Virus record (IMG/VR): IMGVR_UViG_2878480445_000013
DNA length: 64,000 bases
Source of the DNA: a virus
Lineage: Duplodnaviria; Heunggongvirae; Uroviricota; Caudoviricetes
Direction: 5' to 3' (one strand)
Part shown: one piece after another, positions 42,243 to 49,397 of the stretch
How the letters are laid out: every line of letters starts with the position of its first letter
Position numbering within the stretch: the first letter of the stretch is position 1
Program-made: the position numbers and the translations under genes
Notes under the pieces: model-generated
Database searches by the model: none
The model's input: only the letters and a program-made list of their open reading frames with translations
What the model was told of the DNA's origin: nothing

Positions 42243-42696
42243 TAGTAGTCTTCTTCGTCCTCGTAATCTTCCTCTTCGCCCCAGTCATCTTCCTCTTCAT
42301 CCCAGCTGTCATCCTGGTCTTCTTCCTCATCCTTGAAATCCCACATATCTTCGGTCGGCTGGTTTCTAAGGTCTGGGTTCTGCTCGACATAGTCGGCAAC
42401 TGCTCCGCAAAGGATGTCCAGAACCTTTTCATAGGCTTCCTCGCTGTAGACTGCCCAGGCATCCGCAGTCAGCTTTGCGATTTTGTCGTTGCCCTTGACT
42501 CCAAGGAACCGCCCTGCAGGGTTGCAGTTTCCTTGCCGTAGCCGATGCCCAGCTGGTCGCCGTCGTTGTAAAAGCGGTATCCGATGCGGCTCATTGCCCG
42601 TACCAGCTCTCCTGCGAGGCTGTCTGCCTTGCCCGTCTCCGGTACCAGTTCCTTGAAAAGTTTATTGATGCGGTCTTCGTTCTTCGTCATTGTCAT
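42243..42696 (-). CDS. hypothetical protein with poly-acidic C-terminus; frame break near 42530
   Basis: ORF 42469..42747 (MTMTKNEDRINKLFKELVPETGKADSLAGELVRAMSRIGYRFYNDGDQLGIGYGKETA...) continues in the next frame as ...GVKGNDKIAKLTADAWAVYSEEAYEKVLDILCGAVADYVEQNPDLRNQPTEDMWDFKDEEEDQDDSWDEEEDDWGEEEDYEDEEDY* to a stop at about 42243. Confidence 0.5.
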
Positions 42697-42699
42697 ATC

Positions 42700-42785
42700 C
42701 TCCGTTTTTATTGTTTTCCCCTTTCGGTGACTATATATTACCGTCACTCTGGGGCACTATCAAGCGGCTAAACTACACGATCATC
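42700..42785 (-). promoter_or_regulatory. promoter-leader repeat copy 4
   Basis: Plus strand reads ttttcccctttcggtgactatatattaccgtcactctggggcactatcaagcggctaaactacacgatc. Confidence 0.55.
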
Positions 42786-42892
42786 AAACTCTGTAATTGT
42801 CATATTTATGTGCTTTTCATGCCATTTTTCGGAAGACCGACACGAGCAAAAGGCTGGTCATTTCCAGCCCCTTGCGCCTGTCGGTCTTGCCT

Positions 42893-43153
42893 TTAGCGGA
42901 TGATTTCGAGGTAGCTTATGTTACCCCAGCAGTCCGTTCCCTTGAAGCGGATGTGCTTGTCGTTTTCCCTGTCGAGGGTGAATTTCCGCAAGAGCTTCAT
43001 CTTTTGGATGCGGTTCAGAAGGTCCTTGCCGTTCTTCGCATCCTCAACGGCATCCCTGATCTCGACCGCTGCGCTGTCGCTTCCGTACCAGAGGTTGCTG
43101 AATGCCTCCGGAATTCCGTTTGCAAGGTAAAGGTTGATTTTTGTGTAGGTCAT
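42893..43153 (-). CDS. hypothetical protein (86 aa)
   Basis: MTYTKINLYLANGIPEAFSNLWYGSDSAAVEIRDAVEDAKNGKDLLNRIQKMKLLRKF... Translationally coupled to the upstream gene 43169..43375. Confidence 0.45.
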   Translation of the reverse strand: MTYTKINLYLANGIPEAFSNLWYGSDSAAVEIRDAVEDAKNGKDLLNRIQKMKLLRKFTLDRENDKHIRFKGTDCWGNISYLEIIR

Positions 43154-43168
43154 TGTATTTTCCTCCTC

Positions 43169-43375
43169 TCAGAATGTCATCGTTTCCAGAATCTCATCCA
43201 TGCCTGTCTCCCAGTCGTGGCGGCCAAGTTTGATTTTGCTGTACATCTCTGCGCTGTCCGGCTCATCGAAAAGCCGAAAGCATTCTCTTGCCAGCTCCTC
43301 GCTGGTGTGCTGCTGGATTTCATCCGGCTGTCCATCCAGCCGTGTAAATGTGATCTCGTAAGTGTAGCGTTCCAT
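43169..43375 (-). CDS. hypothetical protein (68 aa)
   Basis: MERYTYEITFTRLDGQPDEIQQHTSEELARECFRLFDEPDSAEMYSKIKLGRHDWETGMDEILETMTF behind repeat copy 5. Confidence 0.45.
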   Translation of the reverse strand: MERYTYEITFTRLDGQPDEIQQHTSEELARECFRLFDEPDSAEMYSKIKLGRHDWETGMDEILETMTF

Positions 43376-43377
43376 GT

Positions 43378-43455
43378 TCTTTGCCCCTTTCGTTTTGGTA
43401 GCTGTATATTACCGTCACTGCCGGATACTATCAAGCGGCTAAAGTACACGATCAT
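43378..43455 (-). promoter_or_regulatory. promoter-leader repeat copy 5 (best-defined: -35 TTGATA = rc of 43429-43434; -10 TAATAT = rc of 43406-43411; 17-nt spacer)
   Basis: Plus strand reads cgttttggtagctgtatattaccgtcactgccggatactatcaagcggctaaagtacacgatc. Confidence 0.6.
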
Positions 43456-43514
43456 CTGCACCCTGATCTAGTGGATTTATGTGTTTATCTGGGGAGGTTT
43501 CCCTCCCCGTTTTC

Positions 43515-43691
43515 TTAGCTGAACATCTCTGCCGTGTCATCATCGATCCAAAGGTGCATGCCGTCTGCTTCCATGATCGCGTGGTCTTCATGAACCTCGG
43601 TGATAATCCCTTCCCGGCTTCCGCTTCCGTCGAATTCGTCCCAGTGCCATGTTGTCTTTCTTCCCTTTTTCCATGTTCTCCAATCAGCCAT
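43515..43691 (-). CDS. hypothetical protein (59 aa from ATG 43691)
   Basis: MADWRTWKKGRKTTWHWDEFDGSGSREGIITEVHEDHAIMEADGMHLWIDDDTAEMFS. Followed by a terminator hairpin GGGGAGGTTTCCCTCCCC at about 43488-43505. Confidence 0.4.
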   Translation of the reverse strand: MADWRTWKKGRKTTWHWDEFDGSGSREGIITEVHEDHAIMEADGMHLWIDDDTAEMFS

Positions 43692-43704
43692 TCTGCTGTC
43701 CTCC

Positions 43705-43790
43705 TTTGCTTTTTGTAGCTGTATATTACCGTCACCGCCCTGTGATAGCAAGGCCATAAAACGTCATATTATCACCGATCTTCACCCTTC
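43705..43790 (-). promoter_or_regulatory. promoter-leader repeat copy 6 (diverged)
   Basis: Plus strand reads ttttgtagctgtatattaccgtcaccgccctgtgatagcaaggccataaaacgtcatattatcaccgatc. Confidence 0.45.
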
Positions 43791-43900
43791 ATGTTTGGTA
43801 CATATATGATCCCTGATTGACTTGCTATATATGTGTTTCTGCGGCATTATACACACAACGAAAGCAAAGAAAACCAAACCAAAAACGGAGGACAAAAACC

Positions 43901-44152
43901 ATGAAAAAGACCATTACAGAAGTTGAAACCGCAATCGAAAACCGCATCGCAGAGCTTGAAGAAGAATACGAGCTGGACATTTACGACCGCAACGACATCC
44001 GGGAAGAAGAATACCAGAAAGCCGGATGGCGGCACGACCCTTTCCCAGAGGAGCTTGAGGAAGAAGACGAAGAAGAGGAAGAGGATTGGCACTACCACAG
44101 CATGGAGGAACGACTGAACGAGGTCGGTATGAGCATGAGGGATTTCTTCTAA
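43901..44152 (+). CDS. hypothetical acidic protein (83 aa) on the opposite strand
   Basis: MKKTITEVETAIENRIAELEEEYELDIYDRNDIREEEYQKAGWRHDPFPEELEEEDEEEEEDWHYHSMEERLNEVGMSMRDFF. The leader aaaaacggaggacaaaaaccATG matches the repeat leader motif but on the plus strand. A hairpin terminator follows at about 44165-44200. Confidence 0.5.
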   Translation: MKKTITEVETAIENRIAELEEEYELDIYDRNDIREEEYQKAGWRHDPFPEELEEEDEEEEEDWHYHSMEERLNEVGMSMRDFF

Positions 44153-44351
44153 GGAATCCCCCAGAGGCTCCCCAGCAGAGGCTGGGGCTCTGCCTCGTAT
44201 CCCCGGTTTTGGTTTGGTATGATACACAAAACCGCTGCCAGATGTTTGTGTACATTATGGCGGCGGTTCTCCTTGCTATTGTTGCTTTCCAGAGGTAATA
44301 TACAGTAAACTGGAAGGGGGGTCTCATTCTTTTGAGGCCCCCATTTTCCGT

Positions 44352-44543
44352 CTAATCGGCTGCGCCCTGTATTGCCTGATGCATCACCCTGCGGTTATGC
44401 GCTCTGGCTTTCTTTTTCAGGTCCCTTTTCCATCTGCGAATGGTTACTGCCTTGCAGTGATTTCTCGACCATTCGTATTCATCCAGAATGTATCTGCCGC
44501 CGTGTTCCCTCTCACCATAAGCCGGCATCTTTCTGTGTCCCAT
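44352..44543 (-). CDS. small basic protein (63 aa), hypothetical
   Basis: MGHRKMPAYGEREHGGRYILDEYEWSRNHCKAVTIRRWKRDLKKKARAHNRRVMHQAIQGAAD. An RBS-like GGAGGAGCC sits before the ATG. Confidence 0.4.
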   Translation of the reverse strand: MGHRKMPAYGEREHGGRYILDEYEWSRNHCKAVTIRRWKRDLKKKARAHNRRVMHQAIQGAAD

Positions 44544-44616
44544 AGGCTCCTCCTGTTAAACCAAGCCCTCCCGGTCTTTTCTGGCCGAGAGGGTATTTTT
44601 TTCTGATTGTGGTATC

Positions 44617-44988
44617 TTATTCCGGCTTCGTTCCGTCATCCATCTGGATGACTGCCATCTGCCCGAACATGCTGACGAATGCCTCCGGCACCCAGAAGCG
44701 TTCCCTGAATTTCCGGATCAGGTCTTGGGGCAACTCTGCGAAATCTTCCTCTCCCAGTCCACAGATGAAGAAGTTTCCCTTGATGGGCTGCTCCAGCTCC
44801 GGGATGTATCTGCTGAATGACTTCTCGGTGAACAGCCCGTTGTCATCGGTGACCAGGGCAGCGCGTTCTTCCCAAGGGTATGTGGCTGTGATGCAGTCGC
44901 AGTCGAGGATGCAGTAGAACTCTTCCAGGGAGTTTTCGATGTCCACCACCTGCGGATGCTCCATCGGTTTGATCAGAAGGACTTTCAT
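44617..44988 (-). CDS. DUF3846-family protein
   Basis: MKVLLIKPMEHPQVVDIENSLEEFYCILDCDCITATYPWEERAALVTDDNGLFTEKSF...KGNFFICGLGEEDFAELPQD matches the DUF3846 pattern seen in phages and conjugative elements (MKVLVIEPGK...EV.EI...LE..Q..VGG.IE..YPF.D..VALICNEEGK...FFICG). Confidence 0.55.
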   Translation of the reverse strand: MKVLLIKPMEHPQVVDIENSLEEFYCILDCDCITATYPWEERAALVTDDNGLFTEKSFSRYIPELEQPIKGNFFICGLGEEDFAELPQDLIRKFRERFWVPEAFVSMFGQMAVIQMDDGTKPE

Positions 44989-45452
44989 TCGACCCAGCCC
45001 CCTTTCACGATTGCCCAGTCTGCAAGATGCATCTTCTGCTGTCCGCCCCATGCAATGTCCTCTAACGCTTCCTCAGTTCCGCAGCGGTTGCAAATCAGAA
45101 TGTCCGCCCTTCGGCTGAGTGCCTGCTGCTGATGGTCGTAGCAGTCAGGATTTGCTCCGCACCTGGGGCAACGTGGGCCGGTCTGTCGCGTTTTTCCAAG
45201 CCGGTCGAGCGACACCTTGACCTCGGCTTCTGAAGCCACACGGTGGCAACTGTCCGCACCGTAGGAAATGTTCAGATGGCTTCCGGTGTCCCAGCTCACT
45301 AAGATGTTTCCGGCATCATCAACCCCGTTGCAGGTTCCCTGCGTTCCGATGGGCGGTGCCTGCCTGTCATCCATCTCATCGAGGATGATCCGGCATCCGA
45401 CCGGGAATTCTGCCCGAAGGCGTTTGACTGTCTTTTCGTCTGCGAAATTCAT
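44985..45452 (-). CDS. DUF4314-domain protein with C-terminal CxxC zinc ribbon
   Basis: EFPVGCRIILDEMDDRQAPPIGTQGTCNGVDDAGNILVSWDTGSHLNISYGADS is DUF4314-like. The C-terminus has CPRCGANPDC...CNRCG. Confidence 0.5.
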   Translation of the reverse strand: MNFADEKTVKRLRAEFPVGCRIILDEMDDRQAPPIGTQGTCNGVDDAGNILVSWDTGSHLNISYGADSCHRVASEAEVKVSLDRLGKTRQTGPRCPRCGANPDCYDHQQQALSRRADILICNRCGTEEALEDIAWGGQQKMHLADWAIVKGGWVE

Positions 45453-45928
45453 GCCTGCACCTCCTCGATCATCCGCTGGGCGGCGTCCTTATCCATGCAT
45501 TCTTTCAGCGCACCTTCGAGGATGTGCATCGGGAAGTGGAATGCCTTGTAGCCGTCATGCAGGACTTTGTAGTAATACCGGCTCGGTGCGCGGTGTCCGA
45601 AGTCGTTCTCCATGATGTAGACCATTGCGGTCACCCTCTCCGGCTCTGCCCCTTCCCGGAGCAGTTCGAGGTTCAGGTCTTCCTTGCGGTAGTAGTTCGG
45701 GTAGCCCTCATAGAGGTCGAGGTTTTCTTCGTCCCTTTCCGAGATTTCCCACACCAGAACCGGCGTGTTCTTCTTCGGGTTCGGTGCGATGGTGGCGCAG
45801 CCCCGGAATAAAAGCTCCCAGCCGGTCAGCACCGCCTGCCCTGCAATTTTTGCATCCGGGCATCGGTCTGACATCTGCTCCACCGACAGGTTGCTGCCGT
45901 AGGCGATGTAATATTTCTTGTTCTTCAT
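45449..45928 (-). CDS. gamma-glutamyl cyclotransferase-like (AIG2/GGCT family) protein 1
   Basis: From ATG 45928: MKNKKYYIAYGSNLSVEQMSDRCPDAKIAGQAVLTGWELLFRG.. carries the YxAYGSNL..M..R.P motif of AIG2/GGACT enzymes. RBS GGAGAG. Confidence 0.65.
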   Translation of the reverse strand: MKNKKYYIAYGSNLSVEQMSDRCPDAKIAGQAVLTGWELLFRGCATIAPNPKKNTPVLVWEISERDEENLDLYEGYPNYYRKEDLNLELLREGAEPERVTAMVYIMENDFGHRAPSRYYYKVLHDGYKAFHFPMHILEGALKECMDKDAAQRMIEEVQA

Positions 45929-45934
45929 TTGAAT

Positions 45935-46020
45935 CTCTCCCTTCGGTTTTCTCCGCTCTTGTCTGGCGGTATGGTATATATCACTCTTTTGCCCTGATTT
46001 ATCAAGGCCGATGAGCATCA
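45935..46020 (-). promoter_or_regulatory. promoter-leader repeat copy 7 (diverged variant)
   Basis: Plus strand reads ggcggtatggtatatatcactcttttgccctgatttatcaaggccgatgagcatcatatactgcac. It shares the tatatatcactc and tatcaag blocks with the copy at 49185-49275. Confidence 0.4.
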
Positions 46021-46058
46021 TATACTGCACAATGTTTTTTCCCTGTGATCGTGTACTC

Positions 46059-46580
46059 TTACATCATCTGCCGCTTCTTCAGATACCGGACGGCTTCCGT
46101 CCTTCCGATACTGGCGGAAAGCCCACGCTTCAGTGTGTCCAGTGGAAATTCCCAGTCGCTGTATCCGCCGCGCAGCAGTTCAAAATACTCGGCATCCGGG
46201 CAGCCAAGCCGCCGGTCCTCGTGCATCACATAAGCGATGCAAGGCTTTGCCTTTTTCATGCGGTTCCCGTTCAGGTTCCAGACCGGAAGCTGGAACTGCT
46301 TCTTATAGTAGTATTTTGGGCAGCCCTCGTATCGGTCCAGCAGGAGCTCATCGTATTCTGAGAGTTTCCAGACCACTGCCGGTACGCTTTCATTGGCATC
46401 CTGCTCAATGGTGGCATAGCAACCGGTCTTGCTCTTTTTGAACAGGAGCCGGTAGCCCTTGATCTCGGTCGTGCCGACCACCACAGCGTAGGGGCATCTC
46501 TTTCCCATCCGCTCCATGTCGAGGTTGCTTCCGTAGGCAAGGTAATATCTGGATGGGACTCGGCTGATCAATTCAAACAT
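46059..46580 (-). CDS. gamma-glutamyl cyclotransferase-like (AIG2/GGCT family) protein 2
   Basis: From ATG 46580: MFELISRVPSRYYLAYGSNLDMERMGKRCPYAVVVGTTEIKGYRLLFK... is a paralog of protein 1. The track ORF start at 46643 is a TTG alternative start. Confidence 0.65.
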   Translation of the reverse strand: MFELISRVPSRYYLAYGSNLDMERMGKRCPYAVVVGTTEIKGYRLLFKKSKTGCYATIEQDANESVPAVVWKLSEYDELLLDRYEGCPKYYYKKQFQLPVWNLNGNRMKKAKPCIAYVMHEDRRLGCPDAEYFELLRGGYSDWEFPLDTLKRGLSASIGRTEAVRYLKKRQMM

Positions 46581-46809
46581 CCGCCTCACCGTCCTCCCTG
46601 CCAGTGAATTCCACGCCCTGGAAATCATCTGTCCCAAGCTCAATCTGGCTGTCCTGCCACCAGTCCTCTGCCACTCGCTGGGCTTCCTCCACGGTCGGCT
46701 CTTTCATTTCGGATTCATAAATGGTCACCGTTCTCTGGTAGGTCTCGGTGATGGTCACCTTAAAGGTCCTGCCGCCCGGTGTGCTTTCATTTTTTAACGT
46801 GCTTTTCAT
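46573..46809 (-). CDS. hypothetical protein (78 aa)
   Basis: MKSTLKNESTPGGRTFKVTITETYQRTVTIYESEMKEPTVEEAQRVAEDWWQDSQIELGTDDFQGVEFTGREDGEADV. AGGAGG lies 9 nt before the ATG at 46809. It sits between the amidoligase and GGCT gene 2. Confidence 0.5.
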   Translation of the reverse strand: MKSTLKNESTPGGRTFKVTITETYQRTVTIYESEMKEPTVEEAQRVAEDWWQDSQIELGTDDFQGVEFTGREDGEADV

Positions 46810-46876
46810 AAACCTGCACCTCCTTCTACCGCCTCAAGGGCGGTTGCCCGCCCAAAAGGTGCCCGTGCATCCTGGC

Positions 46877-47812
46877 TTATTTGTTTCGCCAGGATGCGTT
46901 GCCCTCCATGTTCCGCAGAAGGATCTCCCTTGCCGTTGCAAATTCATCCCCGATGAATCCCAGCCTCAGCATCCAGCACCGCATCGCGTACTTTTCGTTG
47001 TCGGTCTGCTGGGGCTTCGGGCTTGCCGTTCTGACCATCTTGGCAAGCTGGCTCATTGCGAGGCAAAGCTGGATGTAGGCTTTCATCTCTCCAGCGTGCA
47101 GTCCGTTGCGCTTTCCGTCCGCTGGGTCTGCAAATTGGAAAAGGCGGAATTCAATGGTTCCTTTTGTAAAGGTGGCATGAAGGTTCAGCATATGGTACCG
47201 GCTTGAATTGTAGTGGGCATTCCGGTTTTCCCAGCTGGAACCGTTGCCTTCGTACCAGATGTCTTCCAGCTTGCGCATGGTGGTCGGCTTCTCGCGGTTC
47301 AGCCGGTCGAGGAAGCGGTGGTCGACTACCCGGCAATATTGTCCGGTGCGCCCTGCGTCGATCCGGATGGCTCTGCCGATCTGCTGTTCGTGTGCCGCCA
47401 TGATGTTCACAAGGTTGCGGATGGTCTTTGCGGTGTGGTCGCCTTTGCCGATGTGGATGTGGACCCCACATCCGCGACTTGGGCCGCTCTTTGCGCCTGC
47501 CTTGCGGAGCAGCCGGATGATTTCCTGCAGGGGTTCGATGTCATCGTAGGTGAGGATCGGGGTGACCAGTTCGCATTTTTCTGCGTCCGGTCCGTAGATG
47601 CTCACATCCCTCTGGAATTTCCAAACCCTGCCCAGCTGGTCCTTGCAAGCCCAGCTGTAATATCCGTACTCGCCGGCGGCGTTCCATGCTCTGGTTCCGA
47701 AGTACTCGGCAACCTTTCTTGCCGCTTTTTCTCTGGTGATGTTGTTCATCTCGATCTCAACTCCGATGGTCTGGTTCTTCATGGCTTCAATCTGCTCTCT
47801 TGTTTTATCGTT
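46877..47812 (-). CDS. amidoligase (Amidoligase_2 / glutamine-synthetase-like COOH-NH2 ligase family)
   Basis: From MNDKTREQIEAMKNQTIGVEIEMNNITREKAARKVAEYFG...WKFQRDVSI...ELVTPILTYDD...GCGVHIHIG.. The IGVEIE, xDxSI, ELVSP and HVHI motifs match the phage/plasmid amidoligase family defined by Iyer and Aravind. Behind repeat copy 8. Confidence 0.65.
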   Translation of the reverse strand, partial: NDKTREQIEAMKNQTIGVEIEMNNITREKAARKVAEYFGTRAWNAAGEYGYYSWACKDQLGRVWKFQRDVSIYGPDAEKCELVTPILTYDDIEPLQEIIRLLRKAGAKSGPSRGCGVHIHIGKGDHTAKTIRNLVNIMAAHEQQIGRAIRIDAGRTGQYCRVVDHRFLDRLNREKPTTMRKLEDIWYEGNGSSWENRNAHYNSSRYHMLNLHATFTKGTIEFRLFQFADPADGKRNGLHAGEMKAYIQLCLAMSQLAKMVRTASPKPQQTDNEKYAMRCWMLRLGFIGDEFATAREILLRNMEGNASWRNK

Positions 47813-47834
47813 CATGGTATGTTCTCCTTTGTTT

Positions 47835-47905
47835 TTTCCTTGTTTTCCCTTTCGGTATGTGCATATTACCGTCAGGTGCGGATAATAGCAAGGATATAAA
47901 AGAAC
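47835..47905 (-). promoter_or_regulatory. promoter-leader repeat copy 8 (drives the amidoligase gene)
   Basis: Plus strand reads ttccctttcggtatgtgcatattaccgtcaggtgcggataatagcaaggatataaaag. Confidence 0.5.
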
Positions 47906-47929
47906 ATATATTCGACAAATATGAGCCAG

Positions 47930-47995
47930 AATGATCGTGTACATTTCTGTGGTTTATCCGCTTGATAATGTACATTTTCAGAGTTAATATCGGTA
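47930..47995 (+). promoter_or_regulatory. inverted (plus-strand) copy of the promoter element, back-to-back with copy 8
   Basis: GATCGTGTACatttctgtggtttatCCGCTTGATAatgtacattttcagagTTAATATcgg has -35 TTGATA and -10 TAATAT 17 nt apart, firing rightwards, antisense to the 3' end of the 48048..49174 gene. The plus-strand ORF 47962..48372 looks non-coding. Confidence 0.45.
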
Positions 47996-48047
47996 CAATG
48001 GAAGAGGATCTCGCATTTTTTCCGGCCCACATTGGGGGCTTGGGAGC

Positions 48048-49174
48048 TTACGCTCCCGCCTCCAGCATCTGCGCCGTGTCTGCCCCACCGCCGGGCTGTG
48101 TCGGCTCGGCATCTGCTGATGCGATTGTTTCCCCAGCGGAGGCACTACCTTCCTGTGCTGCCTGTTTCGCGGCTTTCAGGGCATCCCGCTTTGCCTTTTC
48201 CCTTGCAAGGAACTTCTGTGCTTCCTCATCCGTGCGGAAAGCCGCATGGCCGGAAAGGTTCTCCATCAAGATCTTTCTGGTCTGCTTGAAGTCCGGGCCA
48301 TTCATGCCAAGGCGCAGAAGCCAAGTTCGCAAAGCGTATTTCTCATTTGAATCGTTCACCTCTTTTGCCTGAATCCGCTTCTGGCTGATAGCCTGCTGAT
48401 TCATCAGGATCGCAAGGTGTCCGAATGCAGTCAGGTGGTCATAATCCGGTGCCGTCGGGAAACCTGTAAAGGTAACTTTCTCATCTGTGATCGTCAAGCC
48501 TTCCAGGGAAGCACCATGCTGTTCTTCATATTCTTTGACCGCATGAATGAAATTTGCTACCGCATAAGTGCAGCTGTCATCTTTCAAGGCATCCACCAAC
48601 CCCTTATCGGCAAGGAAAATGCCGTCCGTTGCCTTGCTGATGAGTTCCCCTCTGCTGTAGATCAGATTGACCAGGTTGCGAAGCGATACGCCGTTATGCT
48701 GACTGATTGGAAAAGAAAAATCCGCATCCAGAGGGATTGCTTCTTCTGACACAGGCTGTTCCGTGCCTTCTTCCGATGGGATTTGCTCTGCACTCTCCAT
48801 TTCGGATTCCCCATCTTCCTCGGCTTCTTCTGGATCTCCGTCACAGGTCTCCTGCCCATTTGGATGTACTGCCGGGATCATCTGGACACCCTCGGCAAGG
48901 TCTACCGCAGGCTGTTCGTCTGCAGTTTCCTGCAAAGTCTCTGCATCCACATCCTCGCCGCCGCGGATCAGGCCTTCATTCATCAGCGTAGTCAGCAATT
49001 CCAGATCTGCATTTTCCGCCTCAACCAGCAGGTTGCCATCCCGGTCAATGGTATAATCTCCGATGTCATACGCATACCGAGGCGCCTTGGTGTAGTAGGA
49101 TGGATGCCTGTCAACTCCTCCATCCGCTTTGCCAGTGTTTTGCGCTCCTCTACATTTAGTTCAAATTTCAACAT
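48048..49174 (-). CDS. acidic hypothetical protein sharing a C-terminal helical module with the amidoligase; frame break near 49095
   Basis: ORF 48992..49174 (MLKFELNVEERKTLAKRMEELTG...) joins ORF 48048..48998 in the adjacent frame (...YAYDIGDYTIDRDGNLLVEAENADLELLTTLMNEGL...). C-terminus ...NEKYALRTWLLRLGMNGPDFKQTRKILMENLSGHAAFR parallels amidoligase ...NEKYAMRCWMLRLGFIGDEFATAREILLRNMEGNASWR. A long D/E-rich linker sits in the middle. Confidence 0.5.
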
Positions 49175-49184
49175 AATTCATCGC

Positions 49185-49275
49185 TCCTTTTTCATTATTT
49201 TGTTTTTGTACATCCCGATGTTTTTTTCGGTAGCACATATATCACTCTGAACCGGGCAAATAGCAAGTCCATTTC
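49185..49275 (-). promoter_or_regulatory. promoter-leader repeat copy 9 (diverged variant)
   Basis: Plus strand reads cggtagcacatatatcactctgaaccgggcaaatagcaagtccatttccgaataatc. Confidence 0.4.
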
Positions 49276-49397
49276 CGAATAATCTTTATGTTCGACCCTT
49301 TACACAATGAGGTGCAAACTCATTTGTGTAAATAGCCCCGATATGTAAGCCGCCATATCACTGGGTGACTGTCTACCTAGTAATATAGCGGGCCAGT

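Noticed and set aside
47962-48372. 136-aa plus-strand ORF downstream of the inverted promoter copy
   Set aside because: It is antisense to the 3' end of the acidic-protein gene. The translation is Ala/Ser/Pro-rich with no RBS. The promoter copy may still be real, but the ORF is not credible.
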